A stretch of DNA of 64,000 nt, from assembly GCA_965207375.1 (NCBI GenBank), contig OZ242274.1, positions 1,760,001 through 1,824,000 of the forward strand, written 5' to 3'. This DNA comes from Nitrosopumilaceae archaeon (lineage in GTDB: Archaea > Thermoproteota > Nitrososphaeria > Nitrososphaerales > Nitrosopumilaceae). The position numbers and the translations under genes were made by a program. This document shows positions 51,258-61,868 of this stretch, in pieces. The notes beneath the pieces are model-generated. The model worked only from the letters and a program-made list of their open reading frames with translations. It ran no database searches and was not told the origin of the DNA. Every line of letters starts with the position of its first letter. The stretch's first letter is position 1.

Positions 51258-51446
51258 TTAAATGTTTGATGTGATTGTGTTCTGTTCAGTTTTCTGTTTG
51301 TCAAGGTGTGCCTTTATGTCTTTCTTTATCTCATCTCGAAGATCCTCATACTTGAATATGCCTAATGTGAGTCCTTGTAATATGTTGTCAAGTGTAAGCC
51401 ACTCATTTTTCAAATGTGGTGGGCCAAATGTATTGTGGTACTTCAT
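51258..51446 (-). CDS. Small hypothetical protein, ATGA-coupled to the upstream interrupted gene
   Basis: 62-aa ORF whose start overlaps the stop at 51443-51445. Confidence 0.5.
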   Translation of the reverse strand: MKYHNTFGPPHLKNEWLTLDNILQGLTLGIFKYEDLRDEIKKDIKAHLDKQKTEQNTITSNI

Positions 51447-51523
51447 ATGTATTCTATATTTCCATCACTATTTATCTTTAATACGGATTTCTGTGTGTAA
51501 TGTTGTTTCAGTTCGATTATTTT

Positions 51524-53051
51524 GTAAGTGTTTACGTCATGCCTAGATTTTGACCATTTACGATCAAATTTTTGGCAACATGATCTAAATGAGGTCAAAT
51601 AGCCAAACCATACATTGACAGATTTCAAAAAACTCTACAAAGCCGAACGAACTAAGAATCTAAAACTCGAACAGATGATGGAGTTGAAAGATGCTATTAT
51701 ACAAAAAAAAGATGACAACGAAAAAAAACTAAAAGATCTAGTAAAGGAGCTAGAAAACGACATACACAATTTGAAAACTATTGCCAAGGATCTTAATAAA
51801 AAACTCCAATTTTATGATAACGCACATACTCCACCATCACGCAAGATGCCAGAAAAAAAGAAAACTGAGAATAAAAACAAGGATAAAAACAAGAAAACAA
51901 CAGGTGAGCGAGGAGCACCAAAGGGACACAAAGGTGCAACAAGCAAGCCAAAACCTACAAAATTCAAACAACACACGCCAGCAAAATGTCCAGAGTGTGG
52001 CTCAAAAGATCTTAAAATTATCAAAACACAGATACGTGACATTACAGAGGTACCACCACAGGTACAACCTGAAACAACACGTCATCATGTAGATTTGTGT
52101 TCATGTAAAAGCTGTGGCAAAAAAGACATAATCCCAGAGACTGATTTTCCTACCAAAGGCAATTATGGTAACAATATAGTAACACAGGCAGTAGCAAATT
52201 ATATCGACAGATTACCCCACCGCAGAAACGCAGAAGCATTGACCTTGAGGGGAATCAAAATATCTCCAGCTTCTGCACACAACATAATAACTATGGTTGG
52301 TGCGTGCCTAACGGCACCCACAAAACAACTCCTAAAGGCAATCAGGGCTGCAGTCCTGTTACACATAGATGAGACATCAATACACCTAAACGGCAAAAAC
52401 GTATGGGCGTGGGTATTTTACATTCCAGGTACAAATACTGCACTGTATGTGGTACGACCTAGCAGGGGAAGAGACGTACTCGAAGAGATACTGGGAGATG
52501 ACTGGAAGGGAACAATCATCTGTGACGGACACAAACCGTACATGGTATATGATATCCAGAGATGCTGGGCTCACATCATGCGTGAGATGCACCACGAGAC
52601 ACAAAAATGTGGATGTAAAAAATGTCTGGGTGCACTAGAGGCTCTCAAAAAAATCTATGAGGATGCAAAAGATACCATAACTGCACGTATCTCGTATAAA
52701 CGGCGCAAAAAAATACGGCGCAATCTGTATCGTCGTGTAAAGAGGATTATTGATACATACACTCCATTGCACAATCTCAAAAGATTCATGGGAAAGCTGG
52801 GACGAGCCCTGCCAAACCTGTTCAGGTTTGTACTGGATCCTACCATACCTCCTACCAACAATGCAGCAGAACGTGCACTGCGTGAGATTGTCGTACACAG
52901 AAAAATACGAGGTGGAATCAGATCTGAGAAAAGCATGGAGACATTGGGCAATCTGTTTTCATGTGTGATGACGTGGAGAAATGCTGGATTAAATTATCTA
53001 GAAGAGATGGTAAAATACCTCTAGAGACGTAAAAACCACGTTAACACTTAC
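51524..53051 (+). mobile_element. IS66-family (single-ORF, ISBst12-like) element with 8-bp TSD
   Basis: Ends GTAAGTGTTTACGT and ACGTTAACACTTAC; ATTATTTT at 51516-51523 and 53052-53059. Confidence 0.95.
51615..53024 (+). CDS. IS66-family transposase
   Basis: Coiled coil, TPPS, CPECG/CKSCG, HIDETS, ICDG, QRCWAH, PTNNAAERALR. Confidence 0.95.
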   Translation: MTDFKKLYKAERTKNLKLEQMMELKDAIIQKKDDNEKKLKDLVKELENDIHNLKTIAKDLNKKLQFYDNAHTPPSRKMPEKKKTENKNKDKNKKTTGERGAPKGHKGATSKPKPTKFKQHTPAKCPECGSKDLKIIKTQIRDITEVPPQVQPETTRHHVDLCSCKSCGKKDIIPETDFPTKGNYGNNIVTQAVANYIDRLPHRRNAEALTLRGIKISPASAHNIITMVGACLTAPTKQLLKAIRAAVLLHIDETSIHLNGKNVWAWVFYIPGTNTALYVVRPSRGRDVLEEILGDDWKGTIICDGHKPYMVYDIQRCWAHIMREMHHETQKCGCKKCLGALEALKKIYEDAKDTITARISYKRRKKIRRNLYRRVKRIIDTYTPLHNLKRFMGKLGRALPNLFRFVLDPTIPPTNNAAERALREIVVHRKIRGGIRSEKSMETLGNLFSCVMTWRNAGLNYLEEMVKYL

Positions 53052-53712
53052 ATTATTTTAGATTCTTTTATACCATGATTTATCGGATATGATACATCAA
53101 CAAATTCCAAATTTTCCACATCAAACCATCTGCCAAAAAATGACAGGATATTCATGCCGAGAATTTTGTTGTACGCATACTCTGTTTCATCATCGGGTAA
53201 ACCAACATGATTAGTAATTGCTACAACATACAGCGGATCTATTCCGTTCGAGTATCGTGTGTGCATATCCATAGCATGATCTTTGGTGCTCGCATTGAAC
53301 CCTTCGCATACAACAGGATCAAACGTATATGATTTCATGTTTGTAGTGTGCATGAACTTGATGTATCTGTTTACAGCTTCATAATATGGGATATTTTTTG
53401 CGTCTTTGTATGATTTTGACAAATTTATCACGTCCTTATTTTCCTTAACCGTTCCAAATCAATGCAGATTCTATCCACGACCATCTTAATTTCCTCATCA
53501 GTGTTAAATTGGTTACATAGTATTCGTATGGGTGAGTGAGTCTGTTCCTCTGAGATGTCAAGTGCCAAAAACACATGTGACGGGCTCATCGATCGAGTAG
53601 TGTATGCAGAACCTGCAAAATTCTGTCAGAAACAGAATTTATCATGGATTTACCTCCTATTCCATCAAATCACATATTGAGATTATGTACAAGTCTCTTG
53701 GTTGGATGGCCG

Positions 53713-54307
53713 TTAAGCTTTTGCTTCCATATTAGATAACGCATCAAACATGTATCTTGTCCATCTTTTGAATTTAGAGTTTTTACTATTAATTTCATTA
53801 AACGCAATCTTCACCGCTTTTGTAAAAGTATAGATTCGTTTTGCATTTGGTATTTTTATCTTGCAGACAAGTGATATGCAGGTCAGCGCACTTGCCAGAA
53901 AACTTGTGCTTCTGGCAGTAAATACACCAGAACAGGGATAATCAAGCAGAATCACCTCAGAGCAGGCCCTGCCTAGTTTGCTGTCTCGTACAGTAGTAAT
54001 TGTAACGGATTTTGATGAAATAGCTGCAGCAGCTATGTTGGATGCAGTATTGCCAGAAATCGATATCAAGTATAGTCGCTTGTTTTTAGAGGTCTTGTTT
54101 TTTTATCAGGTCTAGAGGATCTGAGCTTCTCACGGTAAAATTAGAAAAAGATTCTGCAAGTATTGCAGCAGACAGTGAATCCCCGCTTCCACAAAAGACG
54201 GATTTTTTTTGAGAGTATATAGATAAAGGGGTTTGTGCAATAAAGGACTCTAGAAAATCCAATTGCAGTTCTATATCGCACTCGTAGGCAGCAATGGTAT
54301 TCAACAT
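53713..54307 (-). pseudogene. SIS-domain sugar isomerase-like gene, frameshifted and 3' truncated
   Basis: FCGSGDS in one frame and ISISGNT in the next; shift near the A7 run at ~54100. Confidence 0.75.
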
Positions 54308-54428
54308 GTGTTTTTTGTACCATACACTACTTGAATTCTTTGATAAGCATATAATGACACATCAGAATCATATTATTTTGAATCGACACCCTTGGGTTCT
54401 TTGATATTTATATCGAGTTAAAACAGAT

Positions 54429-55262
54429 TTGACATTGAGGATTTCAGTAGGGCACACACCTGATTCAGATGATGCATTCATGTTTTATGGTATGTTTACA
54501 GGCAAGATAGAATCAAAAGATTTTGAGGTAAATCACGTAATAGAGGATATTGAAAAATTAAACAGACGTGCAGTGAATCCGGATTTAGATGTGACTGCAG
54601 TTTCTGTTCATGCATGTGCATACATTCCCAGATACACCATACTAAGAGGCGGTGGAAGTTTTGGTATCAATTATGGACCCATTGTCACTGCAAAAAAAGA
54701 GATAGACATTGACAAACTCAAAAAATGTAGAATTGCAATTCCTGGGAAAATGACGTCTGCATTTTTGCTATTACAGTTAATGATAGGCAAATTTGATTAT
54801 ACAGAAATGAATTTCAGCGACATACCAAAGGCAGTAAAAGATGGTAGCGTAGATGCGGGCCTTGTAATTCACGAAACACAGTTATCATATTTGCAAGAAG
54901 ACAATGTCAAAATTTTAGATGTTGGAAAATGGTGGGATAAACAAACCGGAGGACTTCCCGTACCCTTGGGAATCAATGTAATGAGGACAGATTTAGGCAA
55001 AGAAACCATTGTAAAGTTTGACAGATACCTGCAAGAATCAATAAAGTACGGTCGTGCCAACTTTGAAGATGCACTAGAATACTCTATGAAATACAGTAGA
55101 GGAAAGCAAAGGGATTTGATTTCAAAATTTGTAAAGATGTATGTAAATGATGTCACTGTAAATATGGGTTCAGATGGCGAAAAATCAATTAGAAAAATCT
55201 TTGAGATGGCAAAAAAGATGGACCTAGTTCCAGACTTTGATTTGAAAATAGCGCCACAATAA
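54429..55262 (+). CDS. mqnD: MqnD-type menaquinone (futalosine pathway) protein
   Basis: GHTPDSDDAFMFY, DIEKLN, SFG..YGP, AIPGKMTSA, GLVIHE, LPVPLG. Confidence 0.85.
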   Translation: MTLRISVGHTPDSDDAFMFYGMFTGKIESKDFEVNHVIEDIEKLNRRAVNPDLDVTAVSVHACAYIPRYTILRGGGSFGINYGPIVTAKKEIDIDKLKKCRIAIPGKMTSAFLLLQLMIGKFDYTEMNFSDIPKAVKDGSVDAGLVIHETQLSYLQEDNVKILDVGKWWDKQTGGLPVPLGINVMRTDLGKETIVKFDRYLQESIKYGRANFEDALEYSMKYSRGKQRDLISKFVKMYVNDVTVNMGSDGEKSIRKIFEMAKKMDLVPDFDLKIAPQ

Positions 55263-55498
55263 GCAAATGTTTAAAATCGTCAGACAGATAAAGCAAAAAC
55301 ATCAATTGCAGGTAAACATTTGTTTGATCTTTGATGGATCAGTTCTAAATACAATCAGGTTCTAATATAAGTACCAAAGGTATCGTAAGACCATCGGAGT
55401 CTTGTCATCTCCTAGGTCATTGCTTCCCAGTGTACAGGAACAATCCTTGGGACACACTGCCTTTGGTTGATTTTTCATATTTGGTCTATGAATTAATG

Positions 55499-55592
55499 GT
55501 AAGTGTTAGCTTCACGCCTGAATTAATTCTATCTTTTGACGGCAAGTAATTTCATGTCTAAAATTACTGTATCTTCAAAACTCTAACAGATA
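55499..55592 (+). repeat. Degenerate repeat beginning with an IS66-like end (copy 3)
   Basis: GTAAGTGTTAGCTTCACG..GAATTAATTCTAT..TTTGACGGCAAGTAATTTC aligns with copies 1 and 2. Confidence 0.72.
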
Positions 55593-55685
55593 TGTGATTT
55601 GTTATACTGTTATGAATGTAAAATTTAAAGAACAATCAGTGACAATTAGTTTATTGCAGGATGCATATCTTGCGAGTTTACCATC

Positions 55686-56066
55686 TCAGATAACACAATT
55701 GCGATCCCAAGAAACGTCTCGCGGAAACCAAATACCAGTGTGAGACGGATAATCATCTTCTTGTAGGTCTTCAATCTCAAGTTCTATACCATATTCGGAA
55801 TTGACGGTTTTTTTGGCATCTCCAACATTGAGAACTGCAAAGCGCCCGTTTGATGTTATGCTGTGGTGTCTACCAAATTCATCTCTTACTTTCTTCATGC
55901 CGCTTTCCAAATCTACCATGTCAAAATATTCAATCCAATTAGACGATAAAAATTTTTCACCGTCTCGAAACTCAAAGGCCCCAGGTATTGGAAGATTATT
56001 TTTCCCAAGTCTAGAAGCTAAACAATATCTTGCTACAGGATTATCACTAGAAAGAGGTTCAGTCAT
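55686..56066 (-). CDS. Hypothetical protein with R...S...H pattern, possible ART-like toxin fold
   Basis: VARY...GAFEFR.GEKFLSSNW...PSHTGI; may be 3' shortened. Confidence 0.45.
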   Translation of the reverse strand: MTEPLSSDNPVARYCLASRLGKNNLPIPGAFEFRDGEKFLSSNWIEYFDMVDLESGMKKVRDEFGRHHSITSNGRFAVLNVGDAKKTVNSEYGIELEIEDLQEDDYPSHTGIWFPRDVSWDRNCVI

Positions 56067-56600
56067 CGCACAATCAATTTGCTCAAAAATTCTTTGATAT
56101 GATACATCATTTTATGCGGGGGCAATGTTCCGCTGATTTTTCTCTTTGGGATATAGAATCATGCGGACTAAACACAACTGCAAACATAATGTCACCAGAT
56201 GGTAGAAAATTCATTGTCAAGGTACCATAGTCTGGCACCTTCCAAACTGCCTGCAATAATCCATTTGGGTTTGTTCCAATATCAGGATTTGGAAGTTTAT
56301 ATTCTGATATTATGAATCAAGCAAAATTTTGTAGTGAGTTGAGTAGAATGGGTTTTTCTTTTTCATCTTTCTCAATCGCATCATGCAAAAATGCCAATCT
56401 ATTTGCAATGATATCATATCCGAATATTCTAATTTCGTCAATAATGTCTTCTTTTGTTGCATGTTATAGAGGTTCGTACAAAAAATCAGGCCTTCCCATA
56501 TGGGCTTTAGAATTAGGCAAGATACACACATCAGATAGTGAAGTATAAGACGGATTTAATTCTGTCGAGTTTGCAACAATCTCCTCTAGTTTATCATTTA
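56063..56600 (-). pseudogene. Degenerate upstream partner gene
   Basis: Read-through with stops: ...PL*HATKEDII...NSLQNFA*FIISEYKLPNPDIGTNPNGLLQAVWK...TMNFLPSG. Confidence 0.5.
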
Positions 56601-56769
56601 TTTTTTTTTATTTCTTTTATTTCATCAAAGATATCAGAAAATGTCACATGCAGTAGTTAGATAAGACATCCAAATTATCAAATGTTAAAACAGAGATCTG
56701 TGTTTAAACGATTAAAATCATATTCTAAAGAACAGAGCAAAAATTAAGATAAAAAAGTAAAAAAAGTGA

Positions 56770-57117
56770 TCATTTGAAAGAACGAGCTTTGCTTACGATC
56801 TTTTTATGATCAAAGTTTGGATTAGTGGTAACGTATAGTAAGTGACTTTTGCCTGCTGGTAATGTGATACGTTTTACTTTATCATATTCAGCAACTGCAT
56901 ATTTGCACTTTCCTAATTTACGTGCCAGTTGTTTTCGTTTTTTCCATTGGCTTGCGGCCATCTTCAAAGAAGCCTTACTTTCTCCAGGAGAAAGACGATT
57001 TTGTGTTGTTTTTCGTCTTGCGTGATAAACTAGATTACCATTCATGTCACAAATGGTAACTACTCTAACGCCAGTACCTACTTTGAGTAATTTTTCAGCT
57101 GCGGTTGCAACATCCAT
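56770..57117 (-). CDS. Thaumarchaeal roadblock/profilin-like protein
   Basis: VRVVTICDMNG...LGKCKYAVAEYDKVKRITLP. Confidence 0.75.
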   Translation of the reverse strand: MDVATAAEKLLKVGTGVRVVTICDMNGNLVYHARRKTTQNRLSPGESKASLKMAASQWKKRKQLARKLGKCKYAVAEYDKVKRITLPAGKSHLLYVTTNPNFDHKKIVSKARSFK

Positions 57118-57448
57118 GCGTTTTTGAGTAAAATAATAGGTGATAAAGTTTTCCAAAATAGGTGCAGAGTAATTTTTTCTAGAAAAATTGTCAAATACTG
57201 AACATATATGATCGGGCCATATATTAGAAAACTTCAAACACAATACAATTTGAGGTTTACAAAAATAGCAGTATGTCTTGCTAAATTAACAAACGATCAA
57301 AAAATACAAACTAGAATACAAGATAATTGTTATTTTCTGAAATTGTCAAAATTTACGCACCTAATACGTATCTTACATATGCAATAAACTAGATTGATTC
57401 TGTTTACTTTAACTAGGTTTTTATTTTGAATTTAAGGTATCTTAACTA

Positions 57449-57829
57449 GTGACGGACGATTCAAAATACAAAATGTATGAAGAAAAATGCAATTACATCC
57501 TAACTGAGGATAACATTAGATTTGCAGGAATTGTAAATGATGAGGGACAATTAGTTGCAGGTGGCCAGCGCAAAGGTGTTCCACCCTTAGAGGACAGCGA
57601 ATCAAAACTACAATCATTTATTGAATTTGTATCCAAAGTATCAATAAGAAAAGATTATGACAAAAGTCTTGGACCCATTAATTATCTTGCGGCAAGACGC
57701 GACAAAGTAGTTCTGATAAGCTTTCCATTTCCCGTATCTCAGATCCTGCTTTTGGTTACTGCAGAGCCTACTGTCAATATTGAAAATCTTGCAAAAAAAA
57801 TAGTAGATATTTTTACAGGTGTACAATAA
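57449..57829 (+). CDS. Thaumarchaeal roadblock/profilin-like protein
   Basis: IRFAGIVNDEG.LVAGG.R.G..PLE...YDKSLGPINY.A.RR.KV.LISFP. Confidence 0.8.
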   Translation: MTDDSKYKMYEEKCNYILTEDNIRFAGIVNDEGQLVAGGQRKGVPPLEDSESKLQSFIEFVSKVSIRKDYDKSLGPINYLAARRDKVVLISFPFPVSQILLLVTAEPTVNIENLAKKIVDIFTGVQ

Positions 57830-58200
57830 TGGCAGAGTTTGCAACATCAATTAATTGCATTGACGGAAGAGTTCAGGGCCCAATTTCAAAATGGATTAAA
57901 GAAAACCATAGTGTGAAATTCGTAGATGTAATATCAGAACCCGGATGCGATTTGACATTATCTGGGACATCAGATGTAGAATCTAGCTTGAAGGCAAAAG
58001 CCGAAATCTCAATTAATGCTCATAAATCAAAATTGATTTTTGTTTCTGGACATCATCAATGTGCTGCAAATCCAGTTTCAAAAGAAGAACATATTATACA
58101 TATCAAAAAAGCAGTCAAGCAAGTTAACTCTTGGAATTTGCCTGCAGACGTAATTGGATTATGGGTAAATGATTCTTGGAATGTAGAGTTGGTAAAATAA
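57829..58200 (+). CDS. Small beta-class carbonic-anhydrase-like protein
   Basis: CIDGR and GHHQC zinc-ligand motifs. Confidence 0.8.
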   Translation: MAEFATSINCIDGRVQGPISKWIKENHSVKFVDVISEPGCDLTLSGTSDVESSLKAKAEISINAHKSKLIFVSGHHQCAANPVSKEEHIIHIKKAVKQVNSWNLPADVIGLWVNDSWNVELVK

Positions 58201-59423
58201 ATTCAATGAATCTTTGCTTAATGATACCTGGTGGATTTGCTGTGAGGTTGATTTTATTTTCATCTGTTCTGATACTGATGCTTAGCACAGGTATTGCGTT
58301 TAGTGAAATTAACTCTGTAAATCTAGACAAGTCGTCGTATAAAGAAGGCGATACAGTAAATGTTTCAGGCAAGGTTACATATAATTCAACGAATCCAGAT
58401 GTTATAATTCAGGTAATTACTCCTGATGGTGCTCAAGGAGCATATTTTAATCAGATTCGTGCAAATGCAAACGGTGATTTTTCTACAAGTTTTGTGACAG
58501 GTGGAAAAACGTGGAGCATGTCAGGCACATACACTCTCAAGGTTTCTTATTTTGGTTCTGTTGAAAAGGATTTGAATTTTTCACTTGCTTCAGAGTCCTC
58601 TTCTGATTCATCTAGTTCAAGCACAAAACAATCAGGTTCAGATACAAAACAATCAGGTTCAGATACAAAACAGTCAGGTTCAGACACTGCACAATCTAGT
58701 TCATCATCAGGTTCAGAATCCTCAGCGCAGGCAAGTTCATCTAGTTCAGATACAAAACAGTCAGGATCAGGATCCAATTTAGGAACACAGCCTGCACAGG
58801 AATCAGTCAAGACCTCTGAACCGGTATCTTCAGAATATGCCATTGATAAAATCGCCCTAAAATCCAAAGTCGACAATTTTCCCGAATTAGACAAGGCACC
58901 TCAATATTATATTGACAGATACAACAACGAACCTGACTACAAAGCATGGTTTGATTCGGTTTTTCCCAGATATTCCATTGAGGATGTAGTGGCTTATTCA
59001 AAAACCCGGGTTTTGGATTATCCAGATAATAAAAAGCCGCCCCAATATTATATTGACAGATACAACAACGAGGTAGATTACAAAGCATGGTTTGATTCTG
59101 CATTTCCAGACAAAACACTGTACGAGGTATTAGGATTTGCAGAACCCACAAATATTCCAGCATGGATAAAAAACAATGTACAATTATGGAGTACAGAAAA
59201 AATTGACGAGTCCGTGTTTTTGGCAGGGATAAAATTCATGTTAGAAAACAACATCATTCAAATCCCCAACCTACCTGATTCTACAGGTTCCCTCACAAAT
59301 ACGCCTGATTGGGTAAAAGATACCGCAATAGGATGGGCATCTGATTTGACTTCTGAATCTGAATTTGCAGACGCAATCAGATATTTAGTTAAACAGGGAG
59401 TTATTATAGTCGAGTTCAGATGA
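58176..59423 (+). CDS. Secreted protein: Ig-like domain, Ser-rich linker, duplicated YYIDRYNNE module, thaumarchaeal IP.WIKN C-terminal repeats
   Basis: Signal peptide; DKSSY..GD.V.VSG; 21-bp tandem repeat at 58623-58685; IPAWIKNN and TPDWVKD. Confidence 0.8.
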   Translation: MECRVGKINSMNLCLMIPGGFAVRLILFSSVLILMLSTGIAFSEINSVNLDKSSYKEGDTVNVSGKVTYNSTNPDVIIQVITPDGAQGAYFNQIRANANGDFSTSFVTGGKTWSMSGTYTLKVSYFGSVEKDLNFSLASESSSDSSSSSTKQSGSDTKQSGSDTKQSGSDTAQSSSSSGSESSAQASSSSSDTKQSGSGSNLGTQPAQESVKTSEPVSSEYAIDKIALKSKVDNFPELDKAPQYYIDRYNNEPDYKAWFDSVFPRYSIEDVVAYSKTRVLDYPDNKKPPQYYIDRYNNEVDYKAWFDSAFPDKTLYEVLGFAEPTNIPAWIKNNVQLWSTEKIDESVFLAGIKFMLENNIIQIPNLPDSTGSLTNTPDWVKDTAIGWASDLTSESEFADAIRYLVKQGVIIVEFR

Positions 59424-59504
59424 GATACTAGTATAGCGGTGCACAATTTGAAACAATGCGTGTTTCAAACCATATCGGTACACAATGTAGGTATTTGAAA
59501 AAAA

Positions 59505-59584
59505 GTACTTGTTCATCTAGTGCTTAATTTTTTAATCATGACATCACCATCTGGGTACAGATTAACTCTTACGTGAACAAATAC
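59505..59584. repeat. MITE-like repeat, empty copy with a degenerate 8-bp TSD
   Basis: GTACTTGTTCAT ... GTGAACAAATAC; flanks GAAAAAAA and GAAAAAAT. Confidence 0.85.
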
Positions 59585-59629
59585 GAAAAAATATACAAGA
59601 TATTTTAATGGTAAATTTCTAAGATACAC

Positions 59630-60085
59630 ATGAAAGCTACATTTGCAGCAGGGTGTTTTTGGCATGTTGAGGCGTTGTTTCAAAAAATTGACGGTGTAAC
59701 TGATACCAAGGTTGGCTATACTGATGGAACAATTGAAAACCCCACATATGAGCAGGTATGCACTGATTTGACAGACCATGCAGAGGCAGTACAGGTGCAA
59801 TATGATCCGCAAAAAGTTTCCTTTGAACAGCTATTAGAGATATTTTGGAAAAATCATGATCCTACCACAATAAATAGACAGGGACCAGACATTGGAAAAC
59901 AATATCGCTCTGCAGTTTTTGTCCACTCTGAGGAACATCTCAGAAAAGCAGTCACATCTAAAACCAAATTGGAAAATTCCGGACAGTTTCAAAAGCCCAT
60001 AGTTACAGAAGTAAAGCCTGCCAGAACATTTTATCCTGCAGAAGAATACCACCAAAAGTATTTTGAAAAAAACAAAATAGACTAG
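59630..60085 (+). CDS. msrA: Peptide methionine sulfoxide reductase A
   Basis: AGCFW, PTYEQVC, HAEAV, RQGPD.G.QYRS, AEEYHQKY. Confidence 0.96.
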   Translation: MKATFAAGCFWHVEALFQKIDGVTDTKVGYTDGTIENPTYEQVCTDLTDHAEAVQVQYDPQKVSFEQLLEIFWKNHDPTTINRQGPDIGKQYRSAVFVHSEEHLRKAVTSKTKLENSGQFQKPIVTEVKPARTFYPAEEYHQKYFEKNKID

Positions 60086-60088
60086 AGG

Positions 60089-60514
60089 TTACTTTACAAC
60101 AAGAATCGGAATCTTTGAAGAATGAATAACAAAGTTTGATGTGCTTCCAAAAAACATCTCCTTTAATGATCCTCTTCCTCTAGAACCAATTACTATCATG
60201 TCAAACTTTGCAGATTTAGAGTGTGCTAGTTTGAGAATGTTATATCCTATATTTCCAGAGACTAGTTTGGAGTCATGTGCAACGTTGTTTTTATCTAATA
60301 GATGTTCTGCTTTTTCCATGAACTTTTTAATTTCTGCCTTGTTTTTGTCACTGATTGTACCAGTGCCTTTGAATTCAGAGTTTGTAGGCACATACATAGA
60401 ATGAACAAGAGTAATTGCGGCCCCAGATGTTTGTGCCACAGTTACTGCCATATTCAACCCTCGAAACGAATTAGTTGATCCATCTATTGGAACTAAAATT
60501 CTTCTAATAGCCAT
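60089..60514 (-). CDS. Universal stress protein
   Basis: ILVPIDGS, DMIVIGSRG, FGSTS, PILVVK. Confidence 0.93.
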   Translation of the reverse strand: MAIRRILVPIDGSTNSFRGLNMAVTVAQTSGAAITLVHSMYVPTNSEFKGTGTISDKNKAEIKKFMEKAEHLLDKNNVAHDSKLVSGNIGYNILKLAHSKSAKFDMIVIGSRGRGSLKEMFFGSTSNFVIHSSKIPILVVK

Positions 60515-60597
60515 AACATGTCACCGATTGTCTTATTAAAAAAGATTTTAATCAAAAAGATACACTGATCGCAGATATTGATAAAATTTATCTACCG

Positions 60598-61410
60598 ATG
60601 CCATATGATGCAAGGTTGTTGGATGAAAAATTCATCCTTGTAGATGGAAATAAAATTCGATATCTAGATTCGTCCTCAGATCGTCCCGTTCTTATTCTAC
60701 TGCATGGTCTAGGTGCCTCAGCAGAACGCTGGGAATACGTTGTTCCGATCCTACAGAAATACTTTAGAGTCATAGTGCCGGATTTGATCGGATTTGGTTT
60801 AAGCGACAAGCCCCTAGTAGATTATACCCCCCAATTGTTTACAAAATTTTTAGAACACTTTATTACAATCTTAAAGATCCCAAAAACGCACATTATCGGA
60901 TCCTCGTTAGGCGGCCAGATTGCAGCAGAATATGCGTCTCAAAATGACAACCATATAGACAAACTCATTTTAGTATCACCTGCAGGAGTCATGAAATCTT
61001 CGACTCCGGCGTTAGACACATACATCATGGCTGCCCTATATCCCAATTTTGAAGGTGTAAAAAATGCATTCAAAATCATGGCAGGATCTCCAAAAAATAT
61101 AGAAGTAAAAATCATCAAAGGATTTGTAAAACGAATGCAAACACCCAATGCAAAAATGGCATTCATGTCTACGTTACTAGGATTAAAAAATTCCAAGCCC
61201 ATTACACAAAAACTCCGGTCCATAGTTGTTCCCACCATGATCATTTGGGGGGTAAGGGATCCCGTAATTCCAATAAAATATGCAGACAAATTTGTATCTG
61301 CCATACATGACTGCAGATTCGTTAGACTAGACTATTGTGGTCATTCCCCATATGCAGAAGATCCGGATAGATTTTGCAGTATAGTGCTTGATTTTTTTAA
61401 GAATTCATAA
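60598..61410 (+). CDS. Alpha/beta hydrolase
   Basis: LHGLG, PDLIGFG.S, GSSLGG nucleophile elbow, WG..D, GH. Confidence 0.92.
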   Translation: MPYDARLLDEKFILVDGNKIRYLDSSSDRPVLILLHGLGASAERWEYVVPILQKYFRVIVPDLIGFGLSDKPLVDYTPQLFTKFLEHFITILKIPKTHIIGSSLGGQIAAEYASQNDNHIDKLILVSPAGVMKSSTPALDTYIMAALYPNFEGVKNAFKIMAGSPKNIEVKIIKGFVKRMQTPNAKMAFMSTLLGLKNSKPITQKLRSIVVPTMIIWGVRDPVIPIKYADKFVSAIHDCRFVRLDYCGHSPYAEDPDRFCSIVLDFFKNS

Positions 61411-61448
61411 TACATGATTTATATACCCCTGTAATCCAATGGTTACCA

Positions 61449-61868
61449 ATGAGCGGTAATCAAAACCAATATGATCCTTCAGTAATGTTCCAAGAATGGA
61501 TCAAAAAAAGCGGCAATGCACAAACAGAATTCATGCGTAATTTCGCCTCATTGATGGGAGATAATCAAACCTTCAATCCACTAGTTACGCTAAAAGAGAT
61601 TAGTGAAAAAACTGCTCGAGTCCAAAATGATGTCATCAATGAAATTACATCATTGCAAAATCAGGCAGTAGACAAGATGCTAAATGTTGGTCAAATATTT
61701 CCAAATTTAGCAAACTGGGGAGCCTATAAAACTACCATTGGAAGCAACGGTAGAATCTCGATTCCGGAAGCTGAGCGTGACGCTCTCGGATTAAGTGAAG
61801 GCGATCTTGTACAAGTAATTGTCCTCCCTGTTTCAAAAAAATCAAAAAATAAGGAGGTGAAACAATGA
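61449..61868 (+). CDS. AbrB/SpoVT-domain protein with helical N-terminus (PhaR-like)
   Basis: NGRISIPEAERDALGLSEGDLVQVIV. Confidence 0.75.
   Translation: MSGNQNQYDPSVMFQEWIKKSGNAQTEFMRNFASLMGDNQTFNPLVTLKEISEKTARVQNDVINEITSLQNQAVDKMLNVGQIFPNLANWGAYKTTIGSNGRISIPEAERDALGLSEGDLVQVIVLPVSKKSKNKEVKQ

Larger units (their letters stand above)
51443..53431 (-). pseudogene. Hypothetical gene interrupted by IS66
   Basis: Removing the IS and one TSD joins ...GIKESKI to IELKQHYTQKSVLKINSDGNIEYI* in frame. Confidence 0.8.

Noticed and set aside
55300-55480. Possible HxlR-like regulator remnant (MKNQPKAVCP...MVLRYLW)
   Set aside because: Too short and degenerate to support.
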